Assembly: GCF_036321535.1 (NCBI RefSeq)
Contig: NC_087436.1
Coordinates: 78,308,001 to 78,372,000, forward strand
DNA from: Camelus dromedarius
Lineage: Eukaryota
Direction of reading: 5' to 3'
Length of the DNA stretch: 64,000 nucleotides
Both the position numbers and the translations under genes were made by a program. The notes under the pieces were generated by a model. It saw only the letters and a program-made list of their open reading frames with translations, was not told where the DNA came from and made no database searches. Below, one piece after another: positions 51,401 through 64,000 of this stretch. Each line of letters opens with the position of its first letter. Positions within the stretch are counted from its first letter, which is position 1.

Positions 51401-53051
51401 CTCTGATCAACACCAGAGGTTTTGACATTCGGCTCAAGAAATGCTGAAAAAGGTTTTCACTGGTAAAATTAATGGCTTGTTAATTAGCACCACGGATGCT
51501 AGGGATGGGTTACTGGTGAAATTAGGTATAATCAGAACAGATGATTTGGGACACTCACCTGAATGTACATGAAAACACTATAATAATATAATAAGCCCTG
51601 TAGTTGTAGATTAATCTCTACAGATGAGTGCCCAGCCAGTGGGTCGGAGGATCTGTGGTTTCCCAGCAGTTCACTGAATCGTGACACTGGAATGCTGCCA
51701 CGTTTGCCTCAGGCGAGCCTTTCCTGCAAGATGCTTTCAGGTGACCACACGGGGCAGAGCTGGAGCTTCGTCTACCTGCCTGCAGAACAAGCCAAATGAC
51801 TGTCCTGCAAATTAGCATCTTCATGAGGGGAACAATTTAGTCTAAGGCTTGCTTTCATTATAACCTGGCATCAAGAGTATACATGTGTTGGAGGGAGAGG
51901 GGAAGGGGTAGCTTATCATCTTGCCCCTCTAACTAGCAGGGACCACTGAGATCCATCCAAAAGCAATATCCAAGTTGGCTTGGGCCTGTTCACAAAAGGC
52001 AGCCGCTCTCCAAACATACCTGGACACACTGCTTATTGCCAGACAATTCTACAATCTCTATTCCATCACACCTACCCTTATCCTAATGGATTGATTTAAC
52101 GGATAAAACCAATATTGAGATAAGAAAACACAAAGCAAATTGTGCCCCTGAGGGGCAGGACAGATTGTGTAGTAAGACAGTCACACTAAGCAATGATTGC
52201 TTATGCCAGATCATCACTACTTATCCTATAGCCAAAGCACGTTTGAGCAAAATTCTAAAACTATATTTCTTCTATGTGCAAACAGAAAATCATATCAAAT
52301 GCTACCAGAACCAAAATGAATGAGCCAGTTCTACTGTGTGGGGGGTGGGGGAGGGGGGTGCACGGGGGCATATTTCATATCAGTGAGGATCTATTCTGCA
52401 TGGTTTCTTTCTCTATTAAAGATGACCAGAGAAGGAAGAAAGGCCCATATTTTTCAGAGTACATTAACAGCTCTTCCGTTTGCAGAGAGAGAAGCCTGGA
52501 GCAGACTTTGAAGACAGTAGGTAGGGAAAACCAGACAAGGAGAACTTTTAAGAGTAGCTAGGACCAGTAAAGGAAAACTCAGAAACAGAAAACCAGAAAA
52601 ATCAGAGTTCAAGGAAATGGCCAAGAGGTCTTTTTGTGAATGGAAATATCAAAATTTAATTTCAATTTCAAATTATTAATGTTGTTACAGAATGCACGCC
52701 CCCTTCGATGCTCCATAAGGTCCTACTCAGAGATCTCTGGTGATTGATTTTGGTGGGTATTTTTTTGGTATGGGGTTGGGGGGATATGCAGTAAGGGATT
52801 GTCCAAAAAAAGGTATTTTTTTGTTTTCTGTTTCTGTTGACTCTGCAATACTGGGATAGCACGTGTGAAACAGTGCACTGATTTAATAAACAGAACTAGA
52901 AGCCAGAGGTGACCATGAAACAGCCTCCCTCAAGGGACACCTGGATTACACCAGCACGACTAGATTGATTGTGAATGTTAAAAACAGTAATTACGATTAG
53001 TAATAATTTTCTTTGTTACAGACCCTTTCGCCTAAATCAGAGAAACGGCTC

Positions 53052-53870
53052 TGTGATATTGTGATATAATAAGAAATACTGCTTGGTCTTCATCCTGCAT
53101 TCCTGGCACAGCCCACCTAAAACCCTTGGAATTTGCTGAGTGACAGCATTAAGAGGAATGTATTTTGTTATCTGTAACAAGCTCTTTTCAGCCATACCTG
53201 AGTTTCTGCTAATGAGGTGACTCTTGGAGGATGGAACCAACAGGAACCAATCAGGAGATTCAAGGGTTGGAACCTTCAGCTCCACCCTCCACCCTCCAAC
53301 CTCCAACCTCCAAGGAGGAAAGAGGGACTGGAGATCGAGTTAATCACCAATGGCCAATGATTTATCAATAATGCCTACATAAAAACTCTAATGGGGGGAA
53401 TTCAGGGCGCTTCCAGGTTGGTGGACACTCACAGGTGCTGGGAGGTGGCGCACCCAGATAGGACGTGGAAGCTCCATGCACCCAGACCTTGCTCAATGCA
53501 TCTGTTTTTTCTTTTTGGCGGTTCCTGAGTTGTATCCTTAACAATAAACCAGTAATAGTACAACACTTTCCTGCATTCCATGAGCCACTCTGGCAAATTA
53601 TCAAATCTGAGGAGGGGATTGTGGGAACCTCCAATGTACAGCCAGTTGGTCACAACCTGGGACTTGTGACTGGCATCCAAACTGCGGGACAGTCTTGTGA
53701 GTCCTTAGCCTGTGAGGTCTGCTAATTCTGGGCAGTTAGTGCCAAAACTGAGTGAAACTGTAGGATTCCCAGCTGGTGTCTGCTGAGAACTGGAAAATTG
53801 CATGGTGTGGAAAAAAACCATATCTGGTGTCAGAAGTCTCGTGAGTACAGAAACAGTGTTTTCGTTCACA
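53052..53870 (+). mobile_element. MER21-type solo LTR
   Basis: tgtgatattgtgatataataagaaata..cctaaaacccttggaattt..caccaatggccaatgattta..ctggtgtcagaagt..ttcaca. Confidence 0.88.
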
Positions 53871-53879
53871 ATCCTTAAA

Positions 53880-53880
<1 letters not shown>

Positions 53881-53911
<31 letters not shown>

Positions 53912-53930
53912 CTCACATATATATATATCT
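53881..53930. repeat. (TA)n microsatellite
   Basis: Read directly from sequence. Confidence 0.95.
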
Positions 53931-54576
53931 CATTTATTCCGACATACATAACTACACACAGAGAAGAAAACTGCAACATCAAAGAGCCAAAGAGGGGTTA
54001 TTGAGGGAGCATATTACCTTTCCTTAGCATTCATGGCTCAGATAATGGAGACAACCCCGCTCACGCTACGCTAAGTCCAAGCTGCTCCCTGGAGTTCACT
54101 GGCGGATGAGCAGACACGCAGAAGTGTTTCTCTAGCAAACCCAGGTAGAAGTGCTCCATGAAGCTGTTCCAGCTGGTGGCATCTGGCTCATCTGCCCCTG
54201 CACACAGAGCCTTACCTCCTGTCATCACCACCCATCCACAGCACAGGGTCTCCCCACCCTCCCCTCCACCTTTCTACCTGTACACTCTGTCCTGAGATGG
54301 TTTTTACTTAGTTGTAGAGACATTGCCCCATGTGAGCCCTCTCTTGGCCCCCAAATGAGGGCTCCTCATAACCATTATCTAAAGCAATTTTACAGAGATG
54401 AACTTACACTGATACAAATGAATAGATTAATAGGAATATTCTCTGCTTCATGGTTTCCACACTCAACAACCTCATATTCCTAAACAGTACTTCCACCAAG
54501 TTCCTAAACTGGAAGTGGAACCACTAAGAAGACTGCAGGTGACATGGCACTGTGGTAAGAGCACGGGATTTGCTCT

Positions 54577-54691
54577 AATGAAGAACAGGAAATGGAATAT
54601 GTGCATGTGTATATGAGTATATGACTGAATCGCCATGCTGCACACCAGAAACTAACACAACATTAGACTTAAATTTAAAAAAAAAAAAAAA
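54577..54691 (+). mobile_element. Short cetartiodactyl-type L1 3' tail with poly-A
   Basis: ggaatatgtgcatgtg..atgactgaatcgccatgctgcacaccagaaactaacacaacatt..aaaaaaaa, similar to 45740-45826. Confidence 0.8.
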
Positions 54692-54869
54692 GAGCTAGGC
54701 TCTGGAGCCAGACTGCCGTGTGCACATCCTAGCTGTCCTACCTGGCACCTGTGTAATGTGGTTGTTAATTCACCTCTCGGTGCTTCAGTGTTCTCATTTT
54801 GAAGTGAGGCTGTGAAGGTACCTACATCATAGAGCTGCAGTGAGAGTGAGCACACGTGGAACATTTAGC

Positions 54870-55077
54870 CAGGGACGCACTGGTGTTGACTCCTATCAGC
54901 TCGCAAGAGCCTATGGGCAGCATCTCTTCCCAAGTCTCTTGTCAGTGACATCACACTCATGGCTTGACACTGGTCATGGTGAGAGTATTTAAAACCACAG
55001 AAACTGGCAGACGCTACAAATTAGAACACTTTTTTTAATTGAGAGCTGATTGCTTAGCGTTTATCAGTGTACCCAGG
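54870..55077. mobile_element. hAT-Blackjack MITE (MER63A-like) with perfect 8-bp TSD
   Basis: gcatctcttccca..cagtgacatcac..catggtgagagtattta..acgctacaaat. TSD catttagc at 54862-54869 and 55078-55085. Confidence 0.85.
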
Positions 55078-57169
55078 CATTTAGCACAAGAGCTAGCCCA
55101 TAGTTAGCTCTCAAGAAATCAGAGCTATTATCTTTAGAAAAGATGAGGCAGGGACCTTCTGGAAAGTTAAAGAATTTTCCTCCAATTTTTCCTCACCTTT
55201 GCAATTACACAAAGAAAATTGAGTCAAACTATTGTCTAGTGATAGAGAAACTTTGAGCTAAACATAAACCAAATTTCTCCATCTCTAGCTAGCTTTAACA
55301 ACCTCTATGTTCTTGGCCAGAATCACCTTGCCCATTTCAATCTATGACATGGCACTAAAGTGCCTTGTAAAAAAAACATACTGTACATAACATGTGAGCA
55401 CTTTTTCTGTGGTCCTGCCAAACTTAAGGTCATGTGGGTTACATATTTCTACTGAAGTCTATAAATGAGTCCCTGCTTGGGAATTAGTTCAAGGACAAAA
55501 CCCTTAAGTACTTCACAAACAACACAGATATCTCAAAGACACAATTTTAAAGAAATGACTGATGGACTCCCTCATCACCCCCAAACAAGAGAGAAATCAA
55601 TAGAACAGAATCTTGTCAGAGTTTCCAGTTTGTTTGTTTGCAAAGGAGATAGATGCAAAGTGAAAGAAATCAATCAAAAATGGTTTTCTTTTCTTTCTTT
55701 TTTTTTTTTACATTTACAGATAGAATTTAAAATCAAGTTAAGTATCCTAAAGCACTTACTATGTAGTCTCCTTGGGCAGGGTAGAAATGAAGAGAATGAA
55801 TTTTTATTGTTTTATTTTATTAATTTTATTTTTAGTATAAACAGGAGAAATGAATAAATCTACAGAGGCCAATTAGAATTACCAATGGACCAGAGATAAA
55901 GCAATAGGATACCCTGCTTTGGGAAATCCTAAGTATTTCAAAAACATCATCAATAATGTTCTAAAACCTCCTTTTGCCACCCCTCTGCAATTAAGAATTT
56001 CATGACATAACTTGGGCCCATACCATAAAACAGACCAGTAAATTACCAATGGATTCCACAAGTCTCAGCCAAATATTGAGTCATGCTAACACTGCAGGCT
56101 TAGGATAGTGCCCATAATTCTGGGTGCGATGTTTATTATTGCTATCAGGTATCCAGACAAGTGGGAAAGAAGAAAACCAAATATTATAAATTTACCAGCA
56201 CACTATCCCTGAGCTATAACACTTGCAAGTTTCTGCTGAATCAAAAAGCAAATTCGGTGCACATGGTACAGTCATCTGATGACTATTCCTAGTGCACGGC
56301 TATAGATAGATGGGGTCTGAATGACTGGTTGTCTTAATATTTAGATTAGTGGTCAGGAGTTGGGTGGGTGTGGCACACACAGGTCTCCCAGAGGAAGAAG
56401 TAATACAAGGTTTATGGCATTACCAACCCAGAAGAAAGTAAAGGAAAACATTCTGCTCCAGAGACAAAGATGGTTAGGAAACCACAGATCCTCAGAAACA
56501 GCCCTGCAAGGGCACAGCTATCCATGCACCAAGAAAGAAAAATGGAATACACGCTTCCTTTTCTCTCTCCTCCATCAACAGAGAGGTCCTGCTGACAGTG
56601 GAGCCAGAAGAACCCTCAGCAGTGCAGGCTGCCATGCACTCCTCTCCTGCCAGGGTCCTGGACTGGGGAAAGAGCGGAGGAGAGGAAAGAGGTGTCCCTG
56701 GAGAGAAGAGGCCTTTGGGGGCCAGCAGTTGAGAACAGGTGCCTGTCTGAGAAGAGCAGGTCAAGAAACTATTCAATTCAACTGTTTACACACCTGAACA
56801 TCTATCTCTCCACCCCAGGGCTGCCACCCAAAGGCAAACCAAGCCTTTCCCAAGTCCATGTCCTACAGTGTGCATGAAAGCTAGAAAAGTTAACTCTGCA
56901 GCCTGCCCAGCTTCTAACTTCTTTTCCCACAGAGTAGGGCCTAGGAGGACAGAGACCTGTATTAAAAATGCAAGTTATGTTTCTCTTACCTTCCCTCCAC
57001 TTTATCAGAGAGCTTTATGTCCAACTATGCTCCTTCCTGTACCCACCTCTATCAAAGACCTGTGTGACCTTGCTCACCTCCTGGGTCAGGGGAGCTGCAT
57101 TCATCTCCGACTGATGCTCATCCTTCACTCCTGCCACAACTGCAGAACTAAGTGCTTGGGGGTTATCAG

Positions 57170-57380
57170 CTCCTCACAGGCTTTGGAGTGAAGGGACATG
57201 AATCCTGTTTTCACTACTTACTATCCCTTTAACCTTGGATGAATCACCCTCTCTGAGAGACAGTTTCTACATCTAGATAAAGAATAAATAAGAATAAGCC
57301 CTATTCCTCACGTTTGTTGTGGATCAAATGGGATAATGTATACAAAATGACTAGCACATGACAAGCTATAAACCTTCCAA
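57170..57380 (+). mobile_element. MIR SINE
   Basis: ggctttggagt..accttggatgaatcaccctctctgag..ggatcaaatgggataatgta. Confidence 0.75.
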
Positions 57381-59479
57381 ATGGGATTAAATATGGGATT
57401 TCATATAAATAATTTAAATAAATATAGAAGAGGACCTCAAGAATCCTGAGGCCAGATTTAGTAGAAAAGGAGGAGGAATTGGGTAGAGGAAGGGACAATG
57501 GAGGATGAAGGAAATCATATGGCTGTTCCAAGTCCAAGATCTAGTCTTTGGATGACAGTATGGCTGAGTCAGTATATAAAGAGAGGATTACACAGTATAA
57601 AACATCTAGAAAAACTGTTTACAAGCAAACAAAGTAGGAATACTTCTCTACTCCTGATGAAGGGAACTCATCTAGTGCAACTCCCATTGACCTCTCTCTG
57701 GAAGTGATCTATCTGACTGATAAGTTTGCAGGAATAAACTGGACATGCTCAACTCAGCCCTTCCTTTACACCTCTTGGTTCTTTGGTGTTCCTCCAGGGT
57801 AGCCCCAAGTCAGCCCCTAGCATCCCTTATCCCCAGTCCCTGTCCCCCGGCAGAGTGAGTCAGCCACGGCCCAGCACAGCCAATGACCAGGTGGGAAAGC
57901 ACCCTCCAACTGAGCCCTTAGGAGTAACTAAGGTAGTATTTTGAATTCTCATCTGTTTTACTCTGTTGTCTTAATTCTTACTTTTCTTAGCACTCAGGCA
58001 GGACACAGGGTTTTTTTTAATGGGCTGCCTTCAAGGATCCCAACAAGCCTTAATGCTATTTATGGATTCTGGAAAACTAACAAAGCAGAGGGAACACTCA
58101 ATACTGGTCTGGCTATGTAATACTAATTAGAATAACTGGCAGAAAATCCCATTATGACTAATTGTCGTATATATAATAACTACTGAAAATATGATTAATG
58201 TGGGTCCTCTTATTTTTCTTTGAAATGTTAACGTGTGAAATTTAATAAATGTGTTTCAATATACTTAGGCTTCCTCTGTTCTTCTAGCACTCAAACATTA
58301 CAAAACAGAGAAAAAATGGCACCCACATAAGTGGATGCTGTTTAAGCAACCTGGATTAACCCTAGTCCTTGCCCTCAGCCTAGCCCCTGCCCTGTGGCCT
58401 TTCCTGAGCTGACCTGCAGGAAGTCAATTCATTGCTTAAGGAAGTTTTGTATGCACCAAGGGATCTGCACCTTCCACCCTAGGGAGGTAGTTACTTAGAG
58501 AGAGAGCAGTTAAAATGTGAAGTCCATCATCAGTGGAAGCTCTCAGGATGACCCAGAGGGCCTACTTCTTGGAGAGAAAAATAGGATTTTAATTGACAGA
58601 TTCGATCCTAGGTTCCTCTCTAGGGCCTCCCAGTAGAGGTCATGAACTGTGATGTAACTGCTTGGTTTCAAACCATTCAATTCAGTTCACACCAGGCCCT
58701 ATGGAATGCATGTCAGGCTTCCACCCCATCTTATATTCCAATTTCAGCCTGTCCCACTCCTAGCCACCCTAGGTTTATGACTCCAGCATGAGAAGTTTAA
58801 ACTGTCAATCTCTGTTACTGACTATGCACCTTTCACCCACACTACTTGAATCCTTCCCAAAATCCCTCCGTCTGAGCTAAGTGAGTTCTTCACACTTGTG
58901 TACAGGCATGAAGATTTAGCTTCCTTGGCCCAGTTACAGTCAGACTGGGAACCCAACAAGGATTTACCCTTGAGTGACTAAGTGAAGTGCTTACACTCTA
59001 ACAGTAAATCTCTCCATCGAAACCTTTAGGAAATGCTCCATAAATCAACAGGATGATGAGCAAGAAGAATGACTCACAAGATCTGCTTACAAAGGAGTAA
59101 GAGACTAGGACCCCAACTCAGCCAGATTTCACTACCTACGAGAAGAATTTCTTCTTTTATACCCCGAGATGTGCTGAGCCATTTTCACCTTTGCTGGGTT
59201 TGGCTGCTCAGAATCCACCTCTCCCCGATGCACCTTTGTCTATCCTATATTTTAGCTGGCAACCCCACTTTAGGGAAAAGCTGGCCCCCCCACCTCCCCC
59301 CTACACACACACAGTGGTTCCAGGTGACCTCACATTGCTCTCCCTTGGCCACTGTGATGACTGGTTGAGGGATGTCACAAGCGCATGAAACTCCACCTCA
59401 GCTAATGAGATATAGAGAAGTCCTTCTTGGAACCTTCTAAGAAACACAGTTCTTTGCTCTCCTGTGGCTGCTACTGAAA

Positions 59480-59752
59480 GTTGTGCTGTCTGCCCCTGCA
59501 GGGCATACACAAGGAAGCACAGGGCTTCTAGAAGCTGCTTGCAGCCATCTGCTGATCACATGAGGCATAATGAAAACAGAGAAGAGAAGGAAGGGACAAA
59601 ACAATGGCATCAATGAACCTCTGGCTCCAGCCTGACCTGAAGACTCACCTCTGTGACTTCTCAGGTACATGAGCTGATAAATGCCTCATTGTTTTAGCCA
59701 GTTTGAGACAGTTTTCTGTTACTTGCCTATGGCCAAAGCCAAAATCACTGAA
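59480..59752 (+). mobile_element. MaLR LTR fragment (MLT1J-like)
   Basis: ctgcttgcagccatct..ctggctccagcctgacctgaag..acttctcaggtacatgagctgataaa..ttttctgttacttgc. Confidence 0.7.
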
Positions 59753-60299
59753 TTGACCAAGGCAGCTCTTACGCCCTCAGTGAGTTTCTATGTCCTCCAC
59801 GAGTCAAAAAGTTTAAACATATCAAGGTCAAGGGACCCACTAGGAGACTTTCAATGCAGCAAAAAAAAGTAGAATGCAAACAGCTCACCACTTCCCAGCC
59901 TCGGCCCTCACCTCTGGCCACTTCTATCTCTTTGGATCCCTTCAGGCATTTACCTGCATTCATCACATGCTAATTATGTTCAAGCAAGTGCCTACGGAAT
60001 GAACAATATTGTCTCTACTTTCTAGAAGCTTGAAAATAACTATAGAAGGTATGTAGGTAAAGTATTAAAAAAATTAAATAATTATAAAGTATTAATATGT
60101 GGATTTCCCCCTAAATTCCCTTTAATTTTAAGCCTAACATTTTTTTACAATTTCAACTTTGATTTAAAATAACTTCATGATAAATTATAAGTGTATTAAC
60201 AGTAAGTGCCACAGTATGGTATACAATCTAATAAAATAATATCTGTGAAACCTTTTGTGCAGCACAGTGCACCATGCACCCATGTAATGTTTTGTAGAC

Positions 60300-60522
60300 A
60301 ATAATAGCCAAGAATGATTGGACATCTACTGTATGTCACGTGCTGGTTGTGCCGAGCACTTTGTACACATTAGCTCAATCTCCACCACAAATTATCATTC
60401 CCGTTTTATAGATGAGAATGCCAAGGCACAGAGGATGTAATTGATTTGCCCCAGAAAACAGTGAGAGAGCAACTTGAACTCAGGCCATCCGACTTCAAAT
60501 CCTGGGTCTCTCACTACTGTAT
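60300..60522 (-). mobile_element. MIR SINE
   Basis: attcccgttttatagatgagaatgccaaggcacagag..tttgcccc..ttgaactcaggc. Confidence 0.8.
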
Positions 60523-60550
60523 TATTCTGTTAAAAAGATTCCATAACATA

Positions 60551-60998
60551 CAGTAGGCAGAATAACAGTCCCACAAAGATGTCCATATTCTACACACCCA
60601 AAGGGGGATTAAGGTTGCTGATGGGATTAAGCTTATCAATCAGTTGACTTTGAGATGTAAAGATTAGTCTGGATTATCCAGTTGGACCCAAAATAATCAT
60701 AGCAATGACAGAAGCAGAAGTCAGACAGATAAAACGTGAGGAAGACCGGCTATTGCTGGCCGGGAAGAGGAAGGAAGGGCCCATGAGCCAGGGAGTGAGG
60801 GCAGCTTCTAGAAGCTGGAAGAGGTGAGAAAGCAGTTTCGCCCTTACAGCCCCCAGAAAGGAACACAAGATTGCCTGCAAGTTGATTTTAGCCCAGTAAT
60901 ACCCATTTTTGAACTCTGATCTGCCAAACTGAAAACTAATGAACTTGTTTTGTTTACAGTCACTGTTTGTGGCAGTTAGTTACAGCAGCAACGGAAAA
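60551..60998 (+). mobile_element. MaLR LTR (MLT1D/E-like)
   Basis: gtaggcagaataa..aaagatgtcca..ctggattatccagttggaccca..ccatgagccagg..ctagaagctgg..ttgattttagcccagt..ttacagcagcaacggaaa. Confidence 0.85.
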
Positions 60999-61109
60999 CT
61001 GGTCTGCACAGTGTGAACGCATTTTCACACCATTTAGGTAAAAAGATGAGTAAGAGAAGCTGTCCCCAAGACACCATTTTCAAAAGTGATTTGAAATCCT
61101 GCCCCATGG

Positions 61110-61315
61110 GAAAAGCAGCACTGGCTTGGAGACACCAGAGTCTGGTTTGTACTGATAAGTAACTAAATGACCTTGGGCAAGTTACCAAGCTCTCTGAGCC
61201 TTCCTCTCTGTAAATCAGGGATTATTACTTCTCGTGGGGCTGGAGTAAGGGCAGAAAGGGAGAGTTTCCAGAAAGGAGCTAACACAGTGCGGAGCACTCA
61301 CAGGAGCGTCTCCTG
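61110..61315 (+). mobile_element. MIR fragment
   Basis: tgaccttgggcaagttaccaagctctctgagcctt. Confidence 0.75.
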
Positions 61316-63629
61316 TCCCTTTCTTCTTATAAGCCCCCCATGGAACACTAAGAAAGAAACACGGTCTTCTTAGGAAAAAGCTGTATTTTATGAATATTAA
61401 GGATATCAAATAATTTGAACATCAGTGTAATTTATTAAATGGAAATGATGTGAATTTTTAAAAAGACATCAACATACCTAAAATTCTAAGGCAATACATT
61501 CCTCATCCTAGGAGTGATTCTAGAGCTTCGATCTCTCTCTCCTCTCCATTTCTGTCTGTCTGTCTCTCTTTTGCTATACAGGGATCAAGTTAAAGTAAAA
61601 TAGTAGTTCAACAAAAAAGAAGGCTGTCAACAGATTGATTTACATCCATTTTGCTGAGTGAATAACCAGCACTGCTTCTGTTACAGGCTATATTATGTAT
61701 ACACAATATTGAGATACATAGATATATTCTCAAGAGGAATATACATTTTAAAACAGCCTTCTCTGGGGCCTCAAAGCAGATCTGCATATCAAGGTTTTAC
61801 CCTTTCCCCCAGTGACCCATTTGTCTGAGGGAGGCATTCAATTAGACTGCCAGAGCAAATTGATTCAGTATTGACCAGGAGAGGCTTCTCACTTGAAAGA
61901 CATATTACACCAAGGTGGAGGTGTCACTGCCACCAGTCAATACTCCAAGCGCAAGGGCCCAGATGATTCAGGCATATGAAATGAGGAAGGGCCTCCCAGG
62001 CATTTGGAACAGAAAAGCCTCCTCTCTCTCTTACAGAATAGACAGCGTGGGAGTGAGAAGCCCGGTAAAATGTGTTTTCGTAAAGGTAGGTAACTGATTC
62101 CCCGTCTCTGCCAGTGGGAAGTGGGAAGGTGGAAAATGGAAATTTGGGAATAAGGCAAAGATTTCTTGACCTCAAGAGCCAAAACTGGGATTTGGGGTTT
62201 CAGCAATCTTATGTCTCGAGATCACTGCCTTTTAGAGAAATACCGCTGCTCTTTTCAAGTACTGTTTCCTCTCCTCCGTCTGCGGACCGTGCCATTAAGC
62301 CCAGGTCTGGCAAGTGCATGGAAGCTCTCTCTTCACAATCTCCACACAGTATGCTTATCTTTATAAACAAAAGATAGACACTCAGTTGTTTGAGACAAGA
62401 AATTGAGTCCCTTTACATCTAGACCATCAAAAGGCACTTACACCCAGTCAGACTGAGATAAATGCTAATCAATGCTAAGTACGCTCTATTTAATATAAAA
62501 CTGGTACTCGGATTAAAGGGCAGGGAGGACCCGGGTTTGTGGTGTCCGACGCTGCCTTTTAATCTTTATTATTTCTCAAATGATGGCTTTGATTTGTTGA
62601 AGTGTTTTATGGCCTTGAATATCTGACAGAATAAATTAAACCCTTTCTAAGAGCCTTCCCTTGATTATCCCAAGTACCCACTATCGATAAGACTGTCCTC
62701 TACATCCAGCTTGAAAAAAATCATAAAATTGGCTCCATTAAAATAATTAGGACCCCCTACCTTCATTTTAAGATTTAGCCTCTACATATTTACAGCACTG
62801 CTATTTTATTTACGTCTTCACACCCTTGGAACAGGGTGACCGTTTCTATTGTGTGGCACACATATTATTTAAGACATGTAGTTTCCAAATGTCACTGGTG
62901 AAAACTGAAATCCATTATCATTTCCTCCCAGAAATGAAGCCCATCATGCTGTGCACTTGCAGAAAAGAATAAAGAGACTTAAACCAGAATCTGCATAATC
63001 CCAGGTAGAGGCAGGAGCAGCAGCACAAGAAGGGGAAAAAAATAAAAAGGAATCATCTCTGATATGCAAACTCTGGGGAAAAAATGGCATATATTACAAA
63101 TCAGGCCATGTGAATGCAGAGGACCCAAGAATATGCTCAAATAAGTACACACGTTGTAATGAATCTGTTCAAGGCATTGATGATCATTTTCTAAGCTGTT
63201 TCCACAAATTTCCTCAGATGCATATATGCACAATTCTGCAGTTAAAATACAGCTGCCCTTCCTTCTATTTTCATCTTGGAAGACAATGTCAGATACAATG
63301 AAAAACGCTGTCTTCAACCCTATCCAAAAAGATCCTCCTCAGAGAATATTTCTTTCACGTGTTATTTCCAAGTAAATTTCTAATATCATTCATATGCCTG
63401 GATGAAAAAATATTTATCATATTAAGTGAAAGAGGAAAACAGGGGAATAAGGAGGTGACTGAACACATGCCCAAGGTGGAGGGGGAAACATCCTATATTT
63501 TCTAGAACGCTGCTCAAACCAAAAGGATAGAAGGGGAAATGTTGCACTGTTTCTTCTGTTTCTTCTAACAATAGCTCATTTTCAAAAATGGAACTCAGTA
63601 AACTGTTAGCCACTAAAATGATAACCATG

Positions 63630-63915
63630 AAGATTATGTAAAAAACACAGAAAAGCACCTACAAAATGTAAGAGCAGAAGAAAACATGGAATTGTCTATT
63701 CTATTGTTGCCACCCTGAGGATCTATATAGCGGTAATTATTTATACCTACAGAGAAAAGATCATAAAAAAGATCATAAAATGTACACACATATGACAATC
63801 ATCACTTTTGTGTAGGAGAGTGGTAGCAGTTAAGGATGGATTTTTTTTTCCTTACTCTTTATAGGTCATTTCTAATATTTTTACAATGAACATATACTGC
63901 TTTTTAGTTTAATTT
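63630..63915 (+). mobile_element. Old L1ME-like 3' end fragment
   Basis: atgaagattatgtaaaaa..ttttctaatatttttacaatgaacatat. Confidence 0.5.
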
Positions 63916-64000
63916 AATTTTTTTAATTTTTGATCCAACAGGCTGAAACCCTCCCTAAACCCTAACTCCAACTTCTTTGTAGGGAAAATTATTTTCTCAA

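Larger units (their letters stand above)
54545..55132 (+). mobile_element. MIR interrupted by an L1 tail and a MER63A-like element
   Basis: Head gcactgtggtaagagcac; body ggctctggagccagactgcc..ttcacctctcggtgcttcagtgttctcat; tail catttagcacaagagc..gctattat. Confidence 0.8.

Noticed and set aside
1..64000. Novel multi-gene system, CRISPR array, viral insertion, NUMT or processed pseudogene
   Set aside because: No gene cluster, repeat-spacer array, or viral, mitochondrial or host-protein homology is visible in the sequence or the ORF track.

Overview
Non-coding eutherian genomic DNA, most likely from a camelid (camel, alpaca or llama). That inference rests on a tRNA-Ala-derived vic-1-type SINE, cetartiodactyl-type L1 3' ends, and the fact that I recognised no Alu, B1/B2, Bov-tA/BovB or PRE1 element. 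I recognise no host protein-coding exon, structural RNA gene, CRISPR array or prokaryotic feature. The only ORFs with recognisable homology are LINE-1 ORF2 C-terminal remnants. Much of the window is interspersed repeat (MIR, L2, CR1/L3, L1, MaLR/ERVL/ERV1 LTRs, hAT and TcMar DNA transposons), with unique blocks between. L1 tails and LTRs lie mostly on the + strand, which suggests a long intron of a gene transcribed on the - strand; a few - strand exon-like segments fit that idea but are unproven. The most distinctive local structure is a ~111-bp near-perfect inverted copy (1499-1609) of nearby unique DNA (2002-2115). It sits in the (TA)n tract of an MLT2 LTR, apparently replacing part of it. 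I found no convincing evidence of a new biological system. Repeat subfamily names come from recalled consensus similarity, not a database search, and most repeat boundaries are approximate.
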